Below, one piece after another: positions 32,460 through 46,300 of a stretch of 64,000 nucleotides of DNA (its first letter is position 1; each line of letters opens with the position of its first letter). The notes below the pieces were generated by a model that saw only the letters and a list, made by a program, of their open reading frames with translations, did no database searches and was not told where the DNA came from. The position numbers were made by a program, and so were the translations under genes. Location of the stretch: positions 2,604,001 through 2,668,000 of the forward strand of contig CM060733.1 of the NCBI GenBank assembly GCA_030704615.1. The letters are read 5' to 3'. The stretch is from Takakia lepidozioides (taxonomy: Eukaryota > Plantae > Bryophyta).

Positions 32460-33110
32460 CCTATTCAACTGTACTGGAATCGACTGGGGTGTGCAATTTA
32501 GCAGGAATGAATATGCTTCGGAGACAATATCCAGACGTCCTGGGTTTTGAGACAAGCAGAGTACAAGAAGAAAGTGCGGGCCCAACAAGCAGCCTGAAAC
32601 TAGGATTCAAATTAGAGAGATTAGCTAAGGTGGAGAGCCTCATGTATATTTGCAGCCAGGCATCTCTGCTCTGAAATTGGCAGTCTCTATATAGGCAGTA
32701 GAAGCAGTCCTACAATTTCTGGTGGAGAGGACGTTGACCAGCAGGAGGTATCCCTTTTGCCAGTCTCTAGCTCAGGATGTTCTAGCCCATCATTCTGAAC
32801 CTTCCCGAATCTGCTAGAACACGAGATGGAGAAGTGCAAACTGTAAGGGGCGTCTGTGCTTTTCAGGTCGATGTTGAACCCAAACAAAGATTGTCACTCG
32901 TTCAAAGTGTCAAAGAATGTGGCACTGATATTTGCAAAAGAGGATCCTTCATAACAATAAGAACCCATGCTACTGAATCCCAACACCGTAGCACAGAGGA
33001 CCTTACTTCCCGCAGCCAGTCACTCAGACAAACAGCTTCTCAAAGGGTCTATGGACTTGGGTCACACTTGAGAAAGGAAGTAGGTAGGCTTCCGAGTCAT
33101 ATGGGAAAAT
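32460..33110 (-). mobile_element. Degenerate LINE fragment between FNR and glyoxalase II
   Basis: Minus-strand GRFRMM/LETGKR resembles the RTE-type RFRxxxHxLxIETGR motif. The end cctattcaactgtactggaatcgactgggg recurs at ~35002. Confidence 0.4.
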
Positions 33111-33318
33111 TGTAACAGCCCTTCAGCAAGAGTATTTACAGGAAGATACGTATTGTATAGTGAATCAAACTCGTGTACGTTGTCTCTGTGTGAGGCCAGC
33201 CCTGCAGTTTGAGGCTGTGCAACGTGTGCACTGGTGTTTCATTACAGAGTTCTCTCGTACTCTCCTGGACTGGTCGTCAGTTCTTAGACAGGGCAGGAGT
33301 CAAAGAAGAGGGGGCATA

Positions 33319-36300
33319 ATGCGTATCGTGCCAGTGCCTTGCCTAGGAGACAACTATGCGTATCTGTAAGTTTTCTTCCCTGTGCATGCCCATGCTTCTT
33401 CTCTCGCTACACCACCTTCCTGACGCGAGCAGGATCAGGAGGGCCGTAGTGTTCACAGATATGTCAAAAATTGATTCTATGGTCGAAAGTGGACACTGTT
33501 GGGGTTGTGGTTGAAGGTCAAAGTGTTGATTTTCACCACTTCAGAGACAGCCTCACATGAGGTCCAAAAAACTGATTTTCATCTTGTTCTAGAACGTCTT
33601 TGGGCCAATTCAGTCCCCGATTGGGCGCTCTTGACATGGATTGTCTTTCCGCCAGGTTGATTGATGAAGTTACTCGAGCTGCGGCAGCCGTTGATCCAGT
33701 ATGGCCAGAGCAGGTTTTGCAGGCTGCCCAGCTTGAAAATGCTCGGGTGGTCATGGTTCTCACCACTCACCATCACTGGTATGCTTTGTGTATGCTCCTG
33801 ATAATGATCTGTGACAAACGGAGGACTAAACTTACATTTCTTCCTGCTTGGGACGATCTCCCTTGTCCCTTTCTACACTACTTTATACCGGTGCAAGCAT
33901 AGCCACAAGTGTCACTCGACTTACATGACTAATCCACATCATTTTTTCAAGTATGGTTTGTAAATAAGACTAGGAATTAACTCCTAAATTCTTCTAAGGG
34001 ATGTCTTCAGATGTGCATTAGAACCATATTATTTCGGGCTTAATATCTGCAGAAGGATTAGAATTGCAATTGACACACGACTCAACGTAAGTTTTGGGTA
34101 GCATTGACAGGAGGGTTTCATCAAAGGCAGTCACAATGTGTATCCAGGTCTTTCGGCCTTGGTCACGGGCCATGGGGATCAGACTTGACACTTGTCTTGA
34201 ATGATAACTTGGACAGGGATCATGCAGGAGGTAATAATGGAATGAAGAAGATGCTACCAGATGTGGAAATCTATGGCGGAGTGCAGGACAAAGTGGAGGG
34301 GTGCACAAATCCAGTTCAAGATGGGGACAAGTTCTCACTGAGTGACTCTATTCACATCAAAGCTCTTCACACGCCTTGGTGGGAGAACCTCTCTTTTTTC
34401 TCATGGAGGCATCACTTTCTCTCTCAGATTTATTCTTTTGTGTCTTTGTGAGTTCTCACAATTAAGATTTTGGGGAAAACATGAATTGCAGCATAGTTTT
34501 CAGATGAGATCTGATGAAATGCTTAGACTCCAAATAGGTTCAGGGGTAAGGAAATGGTGATATCAGAAGTAGTTGTACCCTGGGCAGAGTTCATGGACTG
34601 CCGCAATAAGATGAATACCAACCACTGCTGAATGGTCCTCATGTGGTCAGAGTTTGAAAGGAGCTTATAGCCTCCACACAAGTGCGGGCTATTTCTGCAC
34701 TCTGTGTGTATTGCTAGACCGAAATCCTAGAGATTTTGTCCCTGTTAGCGCTTTCACAGACTCCTTTCTGCTCTTATATTTGTGCCGGTTTGCCCTGTCT
34801 AATACATCACATTTGCCAAACGTCGTTGGATGCATGGTGGCAGTCACACAAAGGGGCATATCAGCTACTTTGTGACAAGCTCTTACAGCCAAGACACTGC
34901 TGTTTTCACTGGTGATACTCTGGTGTGTTCTTAACCCATGCATTCAGAGCATTCTAGTAAACTGTGTAAATCATGTGTTGGAGGTATCTGCCTTCTTATT
35001 TCCTATTCCACTGCACCGGAATCGGCTGGGGTATGCAACTTAGCATCCGTCAGGCAGATGTGTAGTTGTTGATGCTTGCCTGTGATGGTTGGATGTGATA
35101 TACCTTCCTGGGGATATGCCCGAAGGGCTCATAACCTTCCTGAGGCCAATCCTAGTTTTTTACTTGCCAGGGCGTGAAAGTGAGCCTGATTTTTTTGTAG
35201 TGCCTCTCCTTGATCAACAAAGGTTGCTTGAGTGTTGTTGGTGTATGGGCAGAGAGGGTAGTGCACGCACATGTGCATCCCACAGTTTTGTGACCCTGGA
35301 ATTGTGGGAGGTTTTGCTACTTTGCAAAGGGGAGTCATGGACATGCAGTTTGGCTGCTCGGCTGCATTGAGACAGAAACATGGCCAGAAAACATAGGAGT
35401 TGGCAAAACTGCTTTGTCTCGCAATAGAAAGGAGGCATGCAGTGGGAGGGGAAAATGTGAGAGGGTATGCCACACATGTGCCTGGTCTAAGAGAGATAGC
35501 TGGGGTTCCTCCCTTTTCCTTGCCCAAAATGTAAGAAGAAACAAAAGTGAGGGAGTAATATGTATGCAGCAATCTCTGTAATTTGCCCATGGACATCTGA
35601 GCTGTGCTTGTTCTGGAGAGCATGGTTGTTGTCTTCCCAAGCACAAGTGTATGTGATATTTGTTCCTGTGTCCACAGTTTATAGGTGGCTGTGGCAAATT
35701 TTTTGAAGGCACGGCGGATGAGATGTACAAGTCCCTCTGTAAAAGTCTTGCTTCATTGCCACCTGATACCCTTGTCTACTGTGGGCATGAGGTATGATTT
35801 TCTCATCAATATATGAATTGAGACGTTTGTTTTGTTTTGCTTTGCTTTGTTTGTAGCGTCATTGAGATCTCCCAAACCGCGGGGCCCCAGCCCTGGTGCT
35901 TGGTGCCGGTGGAAAGCCCTCGCTGAGGAGGGGTGCACCGGCTTGGTCTCATGATTTTTGACCAGGGGTGTGGAAGATGTGGAATTTCAAGTGCTTTGGG
36001 TCGCTGGAAATTCGGAAAAAATAGCAAAGTGGGCTTTCCTGGAGCAGTGATTGGCCTTTCACGTGGCAGATTTGGAATTTCAAGTACTTTTGGTCGCTGG
36101 AAATTCGCGAAAAATAGCAAAGTGGGCTTTCCTGGAGCAATGATTGGCCCTTCACGTGGCAGATTTGGAATTTCAAGTACTTTTGGTCGCTGGAAATTCG
36201 CGAAAAATGGCAAAGTGGATATATCAATATATGAAGCCTCAACAGGGAGATTGCAAAAATAGCAAAGTGGGCCTCTACATGGGAGAAGCACTTGGATACA

Positions 36301-37069
36301 TAGGAGATTGCACTTGGGCCTAGATGATACTGGACACTTGGGCCAACGGCACAGGCTACCCTAGTATCATTAAAGTTCACAAAGGCTTCAGGAACTTCTG
36401 TTTGAGAACCAGTTTGTCAATGTTTCAAATCTTGAGTTTCTACATAAACAAATGATTGCTTGGATTTATCAGAGCCATGTCACTACACCATTAGCTCACT
36501 GTAGTAACATAGGGAAAAGCTGAGCACACTTCCTTCTTTTTGCAGTATACCCAGAAGAATTTGGAGTTTGCACTAACTGTAGAGCCAGAGAATGAGGCCC
36601 TGGCCAAGAAGATGGTGTCTGTGCTACAGCAACGCAAGGCGAAGGAAGCTACTGTGCCCTCTACGATTGGAGACGAGCTTGAGTTCAATCCCTTCATGCG
36701 TGTGGAGACGAGGGAACTGCAGGTCTCACTCTTCTTCGCTCTCTCTCTCTGTCTCAATTTCTTTCATTTTTTCTGCTTCCGCCAAGGACATACTACGACA
36801 TACTCATAAGTGCATCCATCCCTCTTAGGTGCCAAGTGTTGGCCCTTGCTTTTGGAACATCAGAAATCTTGTTAGTAGACTGCCGTTAAGGATGAAGTCA
36901 ATGGTGGGGAAGCCTAATACCTTTCAAGCTGTAGTGAATAGTTGGTATATTATTCAGGATCTTGCGTTGTGTGCTTTTACAGCTTGCCACTGGCAAGGAG
37001 TCACCAGTTGAAGTGATGGCAGAAGTGCGGCGAATGAAGGACAACTTCAAGGGACTTCCAAAGATTTGA
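33319..37069 (+). CDS. GLX2: Hydroxyacylglutathione hydrolase (glyoxalase II), cytosolic-type GLX2-2-like
   Basis: Seven exons: 33319-33365, 33656-33778, 34217-34378, 34844-34922, 35678-35791, 36546-36722, 36983-37069. Motifs [59 protein letters not shown] and NPFMRV; ends [10 protein letters not shown]. Confidence 0.96.
35130..35500 (+). mobile_element. RTE-like LINE fragment in glyoxalase II intron 4
   Basis: Degenerate LAIERR...ERVCHTC, reminiscent of the LINE ORF2 C-terminal LxIExGR...RxCxxC motif. Confidence 0.4.
35981..36272 (+). repeat. 93-bp tandem minisatellite (~2.5 copies plus a partial) in glyoxalase II intron 5
   Basis: ggaatttcaagt starts at 35981, 36074 and 36167; each full unit contains cacgtggc. 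Confidence 0.92.
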
Positions 37070-40000
37070 GGATCTTTCCTGTCTCATTGTTATGGTTGTC
37101 GATGGCAGTGTCTTGCCAGGATATTTTGAAAGCTGAGTGGCTTAGTTCTCGTGTACATGGAGTCTAGCCTCCCTTGCACACAACCTCTTCCATTCCACCA
37201 GTCCCATTTCCCCGTCCTTCCTGCTGCTCTCCACAAATGGTTAGGCACATGTAGCTCTTACAGTGCCATGAGCCTGAGATCCTGGAATTTAGTCTCATTG
37301 TGTTGCTAGTTTGATCTCTATATTGTCTGTGTTCCACCCGAGCTGGGCAGGCGTGGGGCCTATGGCCACAAGACTACTGCAAACAACGTCTTATGAGTAC
37401 ATTCTGTCTTTTCTATGGCTCTGGCCCTTTCTCATAACCCTGTGAAGTAAAAGTACTCTTTTGTCTGTCCACCTCCTTAATGTAAGACACAAGTCATATG
37501 TTTGTAGATGAAAGTGTAAGGTTGCAGCTCCACAGAGTCCTTCAGTCCAATGTCAAGCACAATGCACAGATTCAGCCCTGGTTGTTCTTCTGGATAGAAG
37601 AGGGGTTTCCTTGTGGAAAAGAAGGCATACAGAGCGGGTAAGAAAAATAAATTATGCTGTTTTGTAAGGCTAGCCTGTGCGTAAATTGTCAATCAACCGA
37701 GATGCAAGTTAGCACTGAATGAAGAACCGAGGCCAGCTCGGTCGCTGGGTTGCACCTAGCATGGGTTGTTGCTACCGTACATGCCAAGGATTTTGGAGGG
37801 GCAGATCATTCCAGAGGATTGAAAAGCAGAATCGCTCCACGGTACTGGGCGCATTATGCTTTTGCACAGTGGCCTGTTTGACTTTTGTACAACCCTATTA
37901 TGGTCTGCAGCCAATCAGAGGCTGCAGAGGCCCTACAGCATGCCCCCAAAACTACACTGGTCTCGCCTGTTCCAGGGTAAGAAAAGGTGGCAAAGTGCAG
38001 AGATTAGTGTGTACTCCCCTCGCAATCACTACAAATGTCCAAAGCATCTGAAAAATTAGGAGAAGGCGCCAACACTATGAGGTATGTTCGTATGTTCCTA
38101 TGGAATTTGGACTCCATTGGCTCAGCCATTTAGGAGTTTTGATAAGATTTGTGAGGTTTCCTTTTCCCATTTCGCATGGGTTGCTGAAACTATTCATGCT
38201 CACTTAAACGTTATAAGATTCCACTTGATGAAAATTTGAGGTGGAGCCTTGGAGGTAAGGGATGCAGTTAGGAACATGACTGAACGGTCAAGCTGTGTGG
38301 ATCTTAGCACAATATTAGTTATGAATAAAAAAAGTTTCCAGAGGTGCAGATTTTGCAGACAAGGGTGAAAAAGCTGTAGGCCTGTAGATATTTGTGGGGC
38401 ATTCCACATCACGTCGATCATGCGAGATCTTTGCGCTCTTGTAGATCAGTTGCTAGACTAACAATTTTTCTGGGCAACTGGAAATGTCCAAGCACAGCTT
38501 TTCTGAGGGGGGCAGAAGTGATTTTTTAGTGGCAAATTGCAGCTTGCAACCTGCCCAATGCATGGAGTTTTGATGCAAAGTTCCATGACTCAACATATCC
38601 GGACTTCATCAGCTTTTTGTACAGCCAACAGTACGAATGACCTTGATACAGCGGAGAGGACAACAAGAGTCAGTGTAGTCTTACACTCGTCCATGGCTGC
38701 TGGTTTATAAGTACATCAGCGCAGACAAACTCAGACCAGTTTCTGGTGATTTAGAAACTGCTAATAAGCAGACGCCCACTGCCACCAGAGACCATAAGGC
38801 TGCTCTGGCGCTCCGAGAATTGCACAAACACAGCTGAAGGCTGAAATTCGAACCAGACTCTTATCTTCATTCTCTTTTCTCTTTTAGCCCGCCTCCGAAA
38901 GGGTCAGTACCCGCAAGGAAGAAGAGGCCCTTATTTACCCTGGCGTCATCTCTCTCTCATTCTCTTTTCGCCGGTCAGAAAGGTACTTACCTCCACAATC
39001 TTCTGTCGAATTATTTTTTGAAAACTCTCAGAACTGACAAGGAGAACTGAGACGGAGCACAGATGACTTTGTCATTACCATAGGGCTCCCGATTTTGCTA
39101 AAATGTTTCTTAGTTTAGTGAGCCTCAAGTCTCAGTCTGTGAAGAGATCAGAATTGAATGGATTTGAAGTGGCGAAGGAAGATGGATGACCCCAGCTGAG
39201 GGAGTCATGAAAAACTAGCTTGAAGGCTGCCTGCATACTAGATTAAATACCCACGTCCTAAAGTTACATGCAAGATATATTTATATTTGCAGCATCGTGC
39301 TCTCTTACAATGAACGACACCACGTGTTAGAACATGGCCGCTTGCGGACAGGTCAAGCCTGATGATACAGATCTCACAATGTCAAGTCGTGTCAGTTCAG
39401 CCTGTCCAAACACCTATGTCGCCTCCACCTACTTCGCCCCCTCACGATCGAGGGTCTTCCAATCGTCACCATCTCTCTCCCTCTCTCTTTCTCTTTCTCT
39501 TCCTCCACACAGAAACCATCAAGGCAGCTCCTGCACCATCACATGCTGCACGAGCAAACTGTTACATTGCATCACAGCTCCCACCCACCCTCTTGTTAGA
39601 ATTGAAAATCAGATTGAATTAATTCAACTGACAAATCATGTACATATTAAAAAAAGAAAAGAAAAACGAAATCATAGGGGGAGCACGTGTGTGGCCACAT
39701 GGGAACCACATGGCCACACACGACGGTAGCCGCGCAGAGCACGCCGATTGCTGTGCTGGCCCTGACGCATGCAATGGACGCAGAGTGGATGGACGAATAG
39801 AGGCTTCCAACGTACCGTCCGGAATTCCGGCGTGGCCGAGTCATCATCCAGAAAAACGGACGAACGATGCTGGACAGCGTCCGGAAACAACGTACGTCTG
39901 TGACGACGGCCGTCAGCCATATGCGACAGAACGCCAACGTCTGTTCAGAGCATAGGGAAGTTTTTCCACACGTGCCAGACGACCACTTAGTCCGTGGCAA

Positions 40001-43000
40001 AACTAGATGCATGCACTGCCGAGTATGTACATACATGCAATCGCCGACCGCGGCTATAAACTCTCCACGTGTGTGGGTACGGACGGAGCGATCTCCGTAC
40101 GGCGACAAACGGAAATATTTAGTGATAAATGCCGAAAATCACGTCCGTAAAGGCCCTCCACTTATAATACGCGGCTACAAGCGTTATCCAAATATTTTCA
40201 TCCATCTGCTCGGCTTCTTATGGATGATAACGCGTATTTTCTTGGTGGAAAATCGTTTAATCGTTTATGCTCCCTGGTTTCCTATTATATTAATAATTAA
40301 ACAATGTTCTCCAAAAACAAGTGAAATAAATACAATATACAATAATATATGGGATGGCTTTTTGACTTCTGGAGTTTGGCTACATGGATCATGTCCTCTA
40401 TTGGAATTCACGTTGTTGGACCCGAAATGCATGTGTCTAGACCTATTTTCAACCCGTGCATGCACTCCAGGGTGCATGGCAGAGCAAATCTAGATACATG
40501 AGCTGAGGCTGCAATGCGCAGTTTGGAGTATGACGTACACTCACAGGCACCCACATTCTCTATATATTTATGCACCTGAATTGCGTGTTTCACTTTAGTC
40601 AGGCTTGTACTAATTTGCAGAGGGAAGATCTTGGGACGACAAACTTGTACACCCCCAGTCCTCAAGGAATCCATGATGCACCAGGCTCAACTGCAGGCCA
40701 TCCCTGCCTTTTCACCAAGGCCTGGCTGTATATTCTCATGTTTCTGGCCCACAAACGGAGATGGATGACCTCTTTGTTAGTCAGGAAATCTTACATCTAT
40801 TCGGATGAGTATATTTTAAGATCCGAATTGATCACCACGAGATTGATGAAAGCACAAATGAATTTAATCTGGTGGTGAAAGAATGATGATGGATGAAAGT
40901 TGCGGCGTAGGTCTGCATGCAAATATCTTTTGACCCCATTGAATTGGCTGAAGCGTTGTGATTGACTCAAAAGAGGTGAGAGCCAATAGCGTATTAGATA
41001 AGAAATGAGAAGGTTGCAATGTGATTGGTGGAGTGAGAGAAGGGAATCCTTTGGAGATGTTTGCACCATTCATGTGAGCGGGCATTCATCGTCCATGAAT
41101 CATTTGTGTACTCCAGATTAGACGACACCCAACCTACCATCCCAAAATATCAACAGCATTGAGCTGCGAGCCGCATCTCCATTGGTCCCTGGCCAACAGG
41201 ATTATCCACTGTAATGCCACCCACTCCTTAATCCAACAAAATGCGTTGTATTTTGTTTTTAGAAAATACAAAATTTTAAAATGTACAGAAATAGGCGAAA
41301 CTGGAAATAGGAAAAGTGGGGCCCGAACTCGGCGATTCACGTGGTAGGGTCGGGGCGTGCCGCGTGCCACCAGCCGGTGCTGCAAACTTGTCTGTGCCAC
41401 TTGTAGTATCCTCTTCCTCCCATGATCTTCCGCCACGCGTCCAAATTCAAATCTCACCGCGATCTTATTGGGCCAAAAGTACGCGCTAAATCCTGACGGG
41501 GATGCGATCGGATATGCTTTGCCCAATTGGCTGCGTTCTCGCTCTGCGCTGCTGTCGTGGATGAAGCATCGATTCATCCGTCCGAAAAGGCCAAACTTCG
41601 GCGATACAGTGTTTGACAAAATGGCGAGGGAGGAAGGTGGTAACAAATGCGCTGATGCGAGAGAGTGGAGAGAGGCATAAAATATTACAAAGGCACGTGC
41701 AACTTCACGTGTAAATCACGTGTATAATGGTATTTGTGGCGAAACCTGGGGGCCAATAGAAGGTGCGGGGCAGAGGTCGTTGGCGACGTAGACTAGTGTT
41801 TTTTTGTCTGTCTGTTGAGGTCTCTGTATGTGTCCTGTCTACATATGTATGTATCTGCCGCTGTTAGCAAAGGCGGATCAGGTCGGTTTCCTGGTCGTCT
41901 TCTGCTCCGGTCATGCTACTTAGAGGCAAGTGAGGCTTCAATGTGGCATTCACGATGCAGGGCCTCTTCTGCTAGAACATTGCAAATGCGGCCGTGTACC
42001 TAATATGCACAATTGTATTCAGATGGTGGATCATACTTGAAGACTTCGATAGAGTTCCCGTAATGGTCTGAGCACTTGATTCATTGCTTGATTACCTAGC
42101 TTGGAGTTCAAGACACTTTCTTTCCTGCGTTTTGAGGGCAGCCCTGGGTGGAGGCGCCCTCCGGATGGATGTTTGGAGTCCACACGCCATACTCGGTTTG
42201 TAGTGTGATCTTTGTTTTTCAATGTTTGGTCGTTCGTAGGACCAGCATTTCCCACTTCCTCAATGCTGATCTGCACTAGCTTTTTCAGCTGATGGCCTCC
42301 ATATTGCTTCCCTGCGATCGCACGCTCTCCCTTTCGTGGAGCAGGTACATCACTTACTGGTCCTCCTTCAGCTCCTTGCATTATGTAGAATTTCCGATGA
42401 GCAGCTTGATTTTGATGATTCATTCCCTTCTTTCGGATACCCTGTGTGCACAAATGCTGTTGTGCTCCTCAGCGTTTGGTTTTCAAATCGTCGTCCTGCA
42501 ATTTGAAGACGATTATGTTGTATCGTGCCTTTATTGCTCCATTTTCATCTCACGCACTAGTGTCGTCATCCTGCTTCTCATTTCTGTTCTGCCATCACTA
42601 CTGATAAAATCACCGTCTCTCTCCTCGTAAACTCACACTCTCTCTCTGTTTTTCTCCTTGGCTGTCTCCTTAGGGTCTTGTCTGTACTTTAAAGCGCCCT
42701 CTCTCTGTCGTCCAACATTAAGATTACGCTTGAATTACGTACAATGGATATCCCTGCTCTTGGCACACACCTGACTAAGTTATTCCTGCTTTTTATTTCC
42801 CTTCTTACTCAAATTTTTAAATCCTGCACTCAACCTTGGAGACCACTTCAAACTTATAGGGATAATAATCATTCAATCTCCTCAATGTACAATACTTCCA
42901 ATGGTCCCACATTTGATAGAATCTCACTCACATCTATTCGTATGGTGTCTTTGCATGCAGAAACTTTAGTTGGAGAAGGATTCGGTGTAAGTAAAACCCT

Positions 43001-43391
43001 GGAATGAGGCACGAGGAGCACGAGCACATTCCCAACATGTGCTCGGTGTGAGCTTTTGAATTTGACAAATTCGCAAAACCTGAAGGCTGTTGTCAACAGA
43101 GCACCTGCGCGTTGTGTCTTCTGTAAGTCTGTGGCATTCTTGCAATCTCAAGTTGCAATGAAGAAACCTCGGCACCCCTGACGAGTCCAAAATTCTATTA
43201 TCATTTATTAAGTTCTCAACGTCCTTGTCTCATCACACCAAGGTCAGGTGGCCCGAGTTCATATATAATGTATGAGCAGCAGCCAGCTGCAGCAATCAAG
43301 GAATGCAGGCCAGAAGAGTGCCACACACAGGATCCGCCGCTCCAAAAATACACGACGGGACTGCTTCTCATAAGGTCTGCCAAGTAGTAGC

Positions 43392-46300
43392 ATGGACAGG
43401 CGTGTCTTCATTCCGCTTCCCCACGAAGTTCTGGCAAAGGTACCAGCACATGTTTGAGAGCAATGTTGTCTCCTGTGATCTGGAATTGGCATTCATGTTG
43501 CTCATCATGTCCACAAGCACATGAAAGACTTACTGGAAAGTCCTAGGTTGGATCTTAGTTCCACGATCCGAGTTACTCTTTCATCTCTATAAGGCTGAAT
43601 AAAGGAGATACCAAAATTCACCACAGTATGAATCTCAAGTAGGGAAACAGGGTGTACATGGTAGATGTAACGCCCTTCCGCTTGCACTAGATACCCCGTC
43701 ATTGACAGAAACTCGCTTTAATTCATATTCCTTTGGTGTTAGAAGTGATGTAATACTCAACCGTATGTCTGTTGATCTGATAGCGACAATACCTAGTGTA
43801 GGGAGGCATATTTGTACGTAAGGAATGGCTTGAGCTCCTACCAATTAGAAGGAGTGGGCCACACCACGGTGTGACAGCGAATGGTTGATCAGCTCGTTAG
43901 TTCTGCCTGGCTGCCTATCATCTGTGCAGGTGTTCAGTCAATTAGCTGTGGAAGACCTGCTGCAGGCCATGGCTGTGTGCAAAACTTGGCGACAGATAGC
44001 ATCGTCAGAAGCCCTCTGGGAGCTAATCTGTCGACGCAGATGGCGCCTCTGGACAATCTGGATAACTTCACCTGCCCCTACCGAAGGTGTGCAGCTGCAG
44101 TGGAGAAAATTGTGTCAACACAGAATAGAAACAGAGAAGTTGGCACGGGCGCTTGTTGCTGCACTGGTATGGCCTCTCAAGAGATCTAGCTGCCTCCGAA
44201 GACTGGTGTCATTCGGTGATCTTGTTGTTGAGGTCTGCACTTTGATTTCCCTGTTTGATACAAGCTCTTCTTTGTCTCCATCTGAATCTCTTGTATCTAT
44301 CTGCCTCTTTCTCCAGTCAGATCAGCTGTAAAGTGGGGAAGGATAAGCAAGACAGGAGAACTTAGAGAGATTGAAATGTGCCAACATAATCGTTCAAGTC
44401 ATTTTCTGTACAGAAAACAACTGAGGCATGGATGACTTAATTCTCGGTGTGAGTGTGTTACTTCCATTGGCAAATGGCTCAAAACCCTCTATTTTTCTCT
44501 TCTGCTCGCTGGCATCTCTCTCTCTCTCCAATGTGAGGACCGCCTATGTCCCGCTTGCTCTGGGGACTACAGGAAATCGAAAGTGAAGAACATGTCTTCT
44601 TTCACTCCTTTATACTATGAGATCCATAAGAGATTCAACTGTCCATACTGGGATACCCAATCTCTCAAGGAGGTCTTCCTTTAGGAGGGTCAGAAATGCT
44701 AGGGAGAATACCTGCATGAAGAGTTTACTCTTAGACAATCGTCGAACTTAGTTGCTTTTGGGCTGCTTGTGGCCCCTCTCTCTTTCTTGTTTCTTTCTTC
44801 CTCTTGTCCCATAAGCTCTTCGAGCTTCCCGCGGACGTTATAAAGTACCATTTCATTTCATTTCACTCCCCCTATGCCCAGCTTGCACAGGGCGCAACCA
44901 GGAAATTGAAACTGAAGAACACCTTCTTTTATTGCCCAAGATCCGTGGTAGATTCCACTGTCTATTCCGCAGAACTCAGTCTCGCTCTGAAGTCTTCCAC
45001 TATGAGGATCAGAAATTCTTGGCAGCTTACCTGCATGAGGCCTTCACCCTTAGACAATCCTTCAGCTGTTCTTTAATGTTCCGCCGAATCTGGGCGTTTG
45101 GTATATGGCCATAAGGCTACATAAAATAATGTCATATGAGCAGATTCTCTCTTACTCTTTCTTTTCTTTCTGCTTTTCCTTTTCTTCCCATAAGCACTTT
45201 GAGCTTTCTGTGTTCCATTTCATTTCATTTCTCTGTGTCTCTCTCTGAAGGCTCATTAAAAGCTAGAATGTTGGTGGCATAATTCCTCTTAGGCATCTGA
45301 TTTTTTTCAGTAGTTTTGGATGGCCCCCTTCAGTGATTCTGCCATTTCGGCAAGTTTCAAGGTACCTGCATGCTTGAACACCTTGATGGGGGGGCTATAC
45401 TTGGCCAATTCTGATGTGTGATGGAAATTTGGAATTCTAGAAAGGGTTGTGATGCACTTGCCAATTCCTTTTAGGCATCTGATTTTTTTTCAATAGTTTT
45501 GGATGGCCCCCTTCAATGACTCTGCCATTTCTGCAAGTTTCAAGGTACCTACATGCTTGAACACCTTGATGGGGGGGCTGTACTTGGCCAATTCTGATGT
45601 GTGATGGCAATTTGGGAATGCGAGAGGTCAAGGTAAGAAGCATGCAATATTTCAGGAGTTCCTTGGCTTGCTAAGGTCTACTTCTATCCATGCTAGGTTA
45701 GACTAGTCTTGTACCTGTTCCAAAACTTCAGTTAGCAGAATGCCGAGTGAGTTGGAATGGCCAGCTCAGCGCTGTTCGAATAATGACTGCATACTGCATG
45801 TACTATGGGGAAGAAGAGCTCTATAAGAATGGAAACTGTTTGATGCACAGTGTGTAGGGCTTTTATTGTGCTGACAAGTGAGCCACTGGCTCTTTTGGCT
45901 GTCTACAGAGGTTCTTAAGGGGTTTTCCCAAGAGAATTGGTTGTGAGGATCCTCCTAGAAAAGGTGCGTCTTCTGCATAGTAATGTATGTTGAGCAGATC
46001 CAGAGGTTGTCGTTATGATTTTTTGTTTTGTCTATTTACTTGTAGGAGCTGGAAAGGCTTGCTTGCAAACATGGGGAACTTGAGGAAGGAACGCGATACT
46101 TCGCAAGCATAGCCTTGCAGCGGATTACTCAAAGTAGTTGTATAAAAGCTATGGAAGAACTGCTGGCGGCTCCACCACTCGAGGTAACGACCATTGCACA
46201 AACTCCATAAAATATATGAAAAGCGTGGTATTCATCAGAGTTCATCAGCTACATTGTGCCAATCTCTGCATGTCCAGGTCTATTATCTGTGCCTTCCTCA

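Noticed and set aside
35806-36380. Repetitive ORFs on both strands; CRISPR-like periodicity
   Set aside because: They result from a 93-bp (multiple of 3) tandem repeat inside an intron; no unique spacers, and the context is eukaryotic.
37531-37550. ccttcagtccaa, complementary to the 5' 12 nt of miR319
   Set aside because: Six mismatches over the remaining 8 nt and no hairpin partner seen; compatible with chance.
39334-40493. Several overlapping 100-200 aa ORFs
   Set aside because: No recognisable domains or splice structure; GC/CpG-rich intergenic sequence.
45909-45963. Candidate extra exon (cag…aaag/gtgcg) in the F-box gene
   Set aside because: Inclusion shifts the frame and hits a stop in the next exon, whereas exon 2 joins 46046 cleanly without it. 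It could at most be a poison exon.
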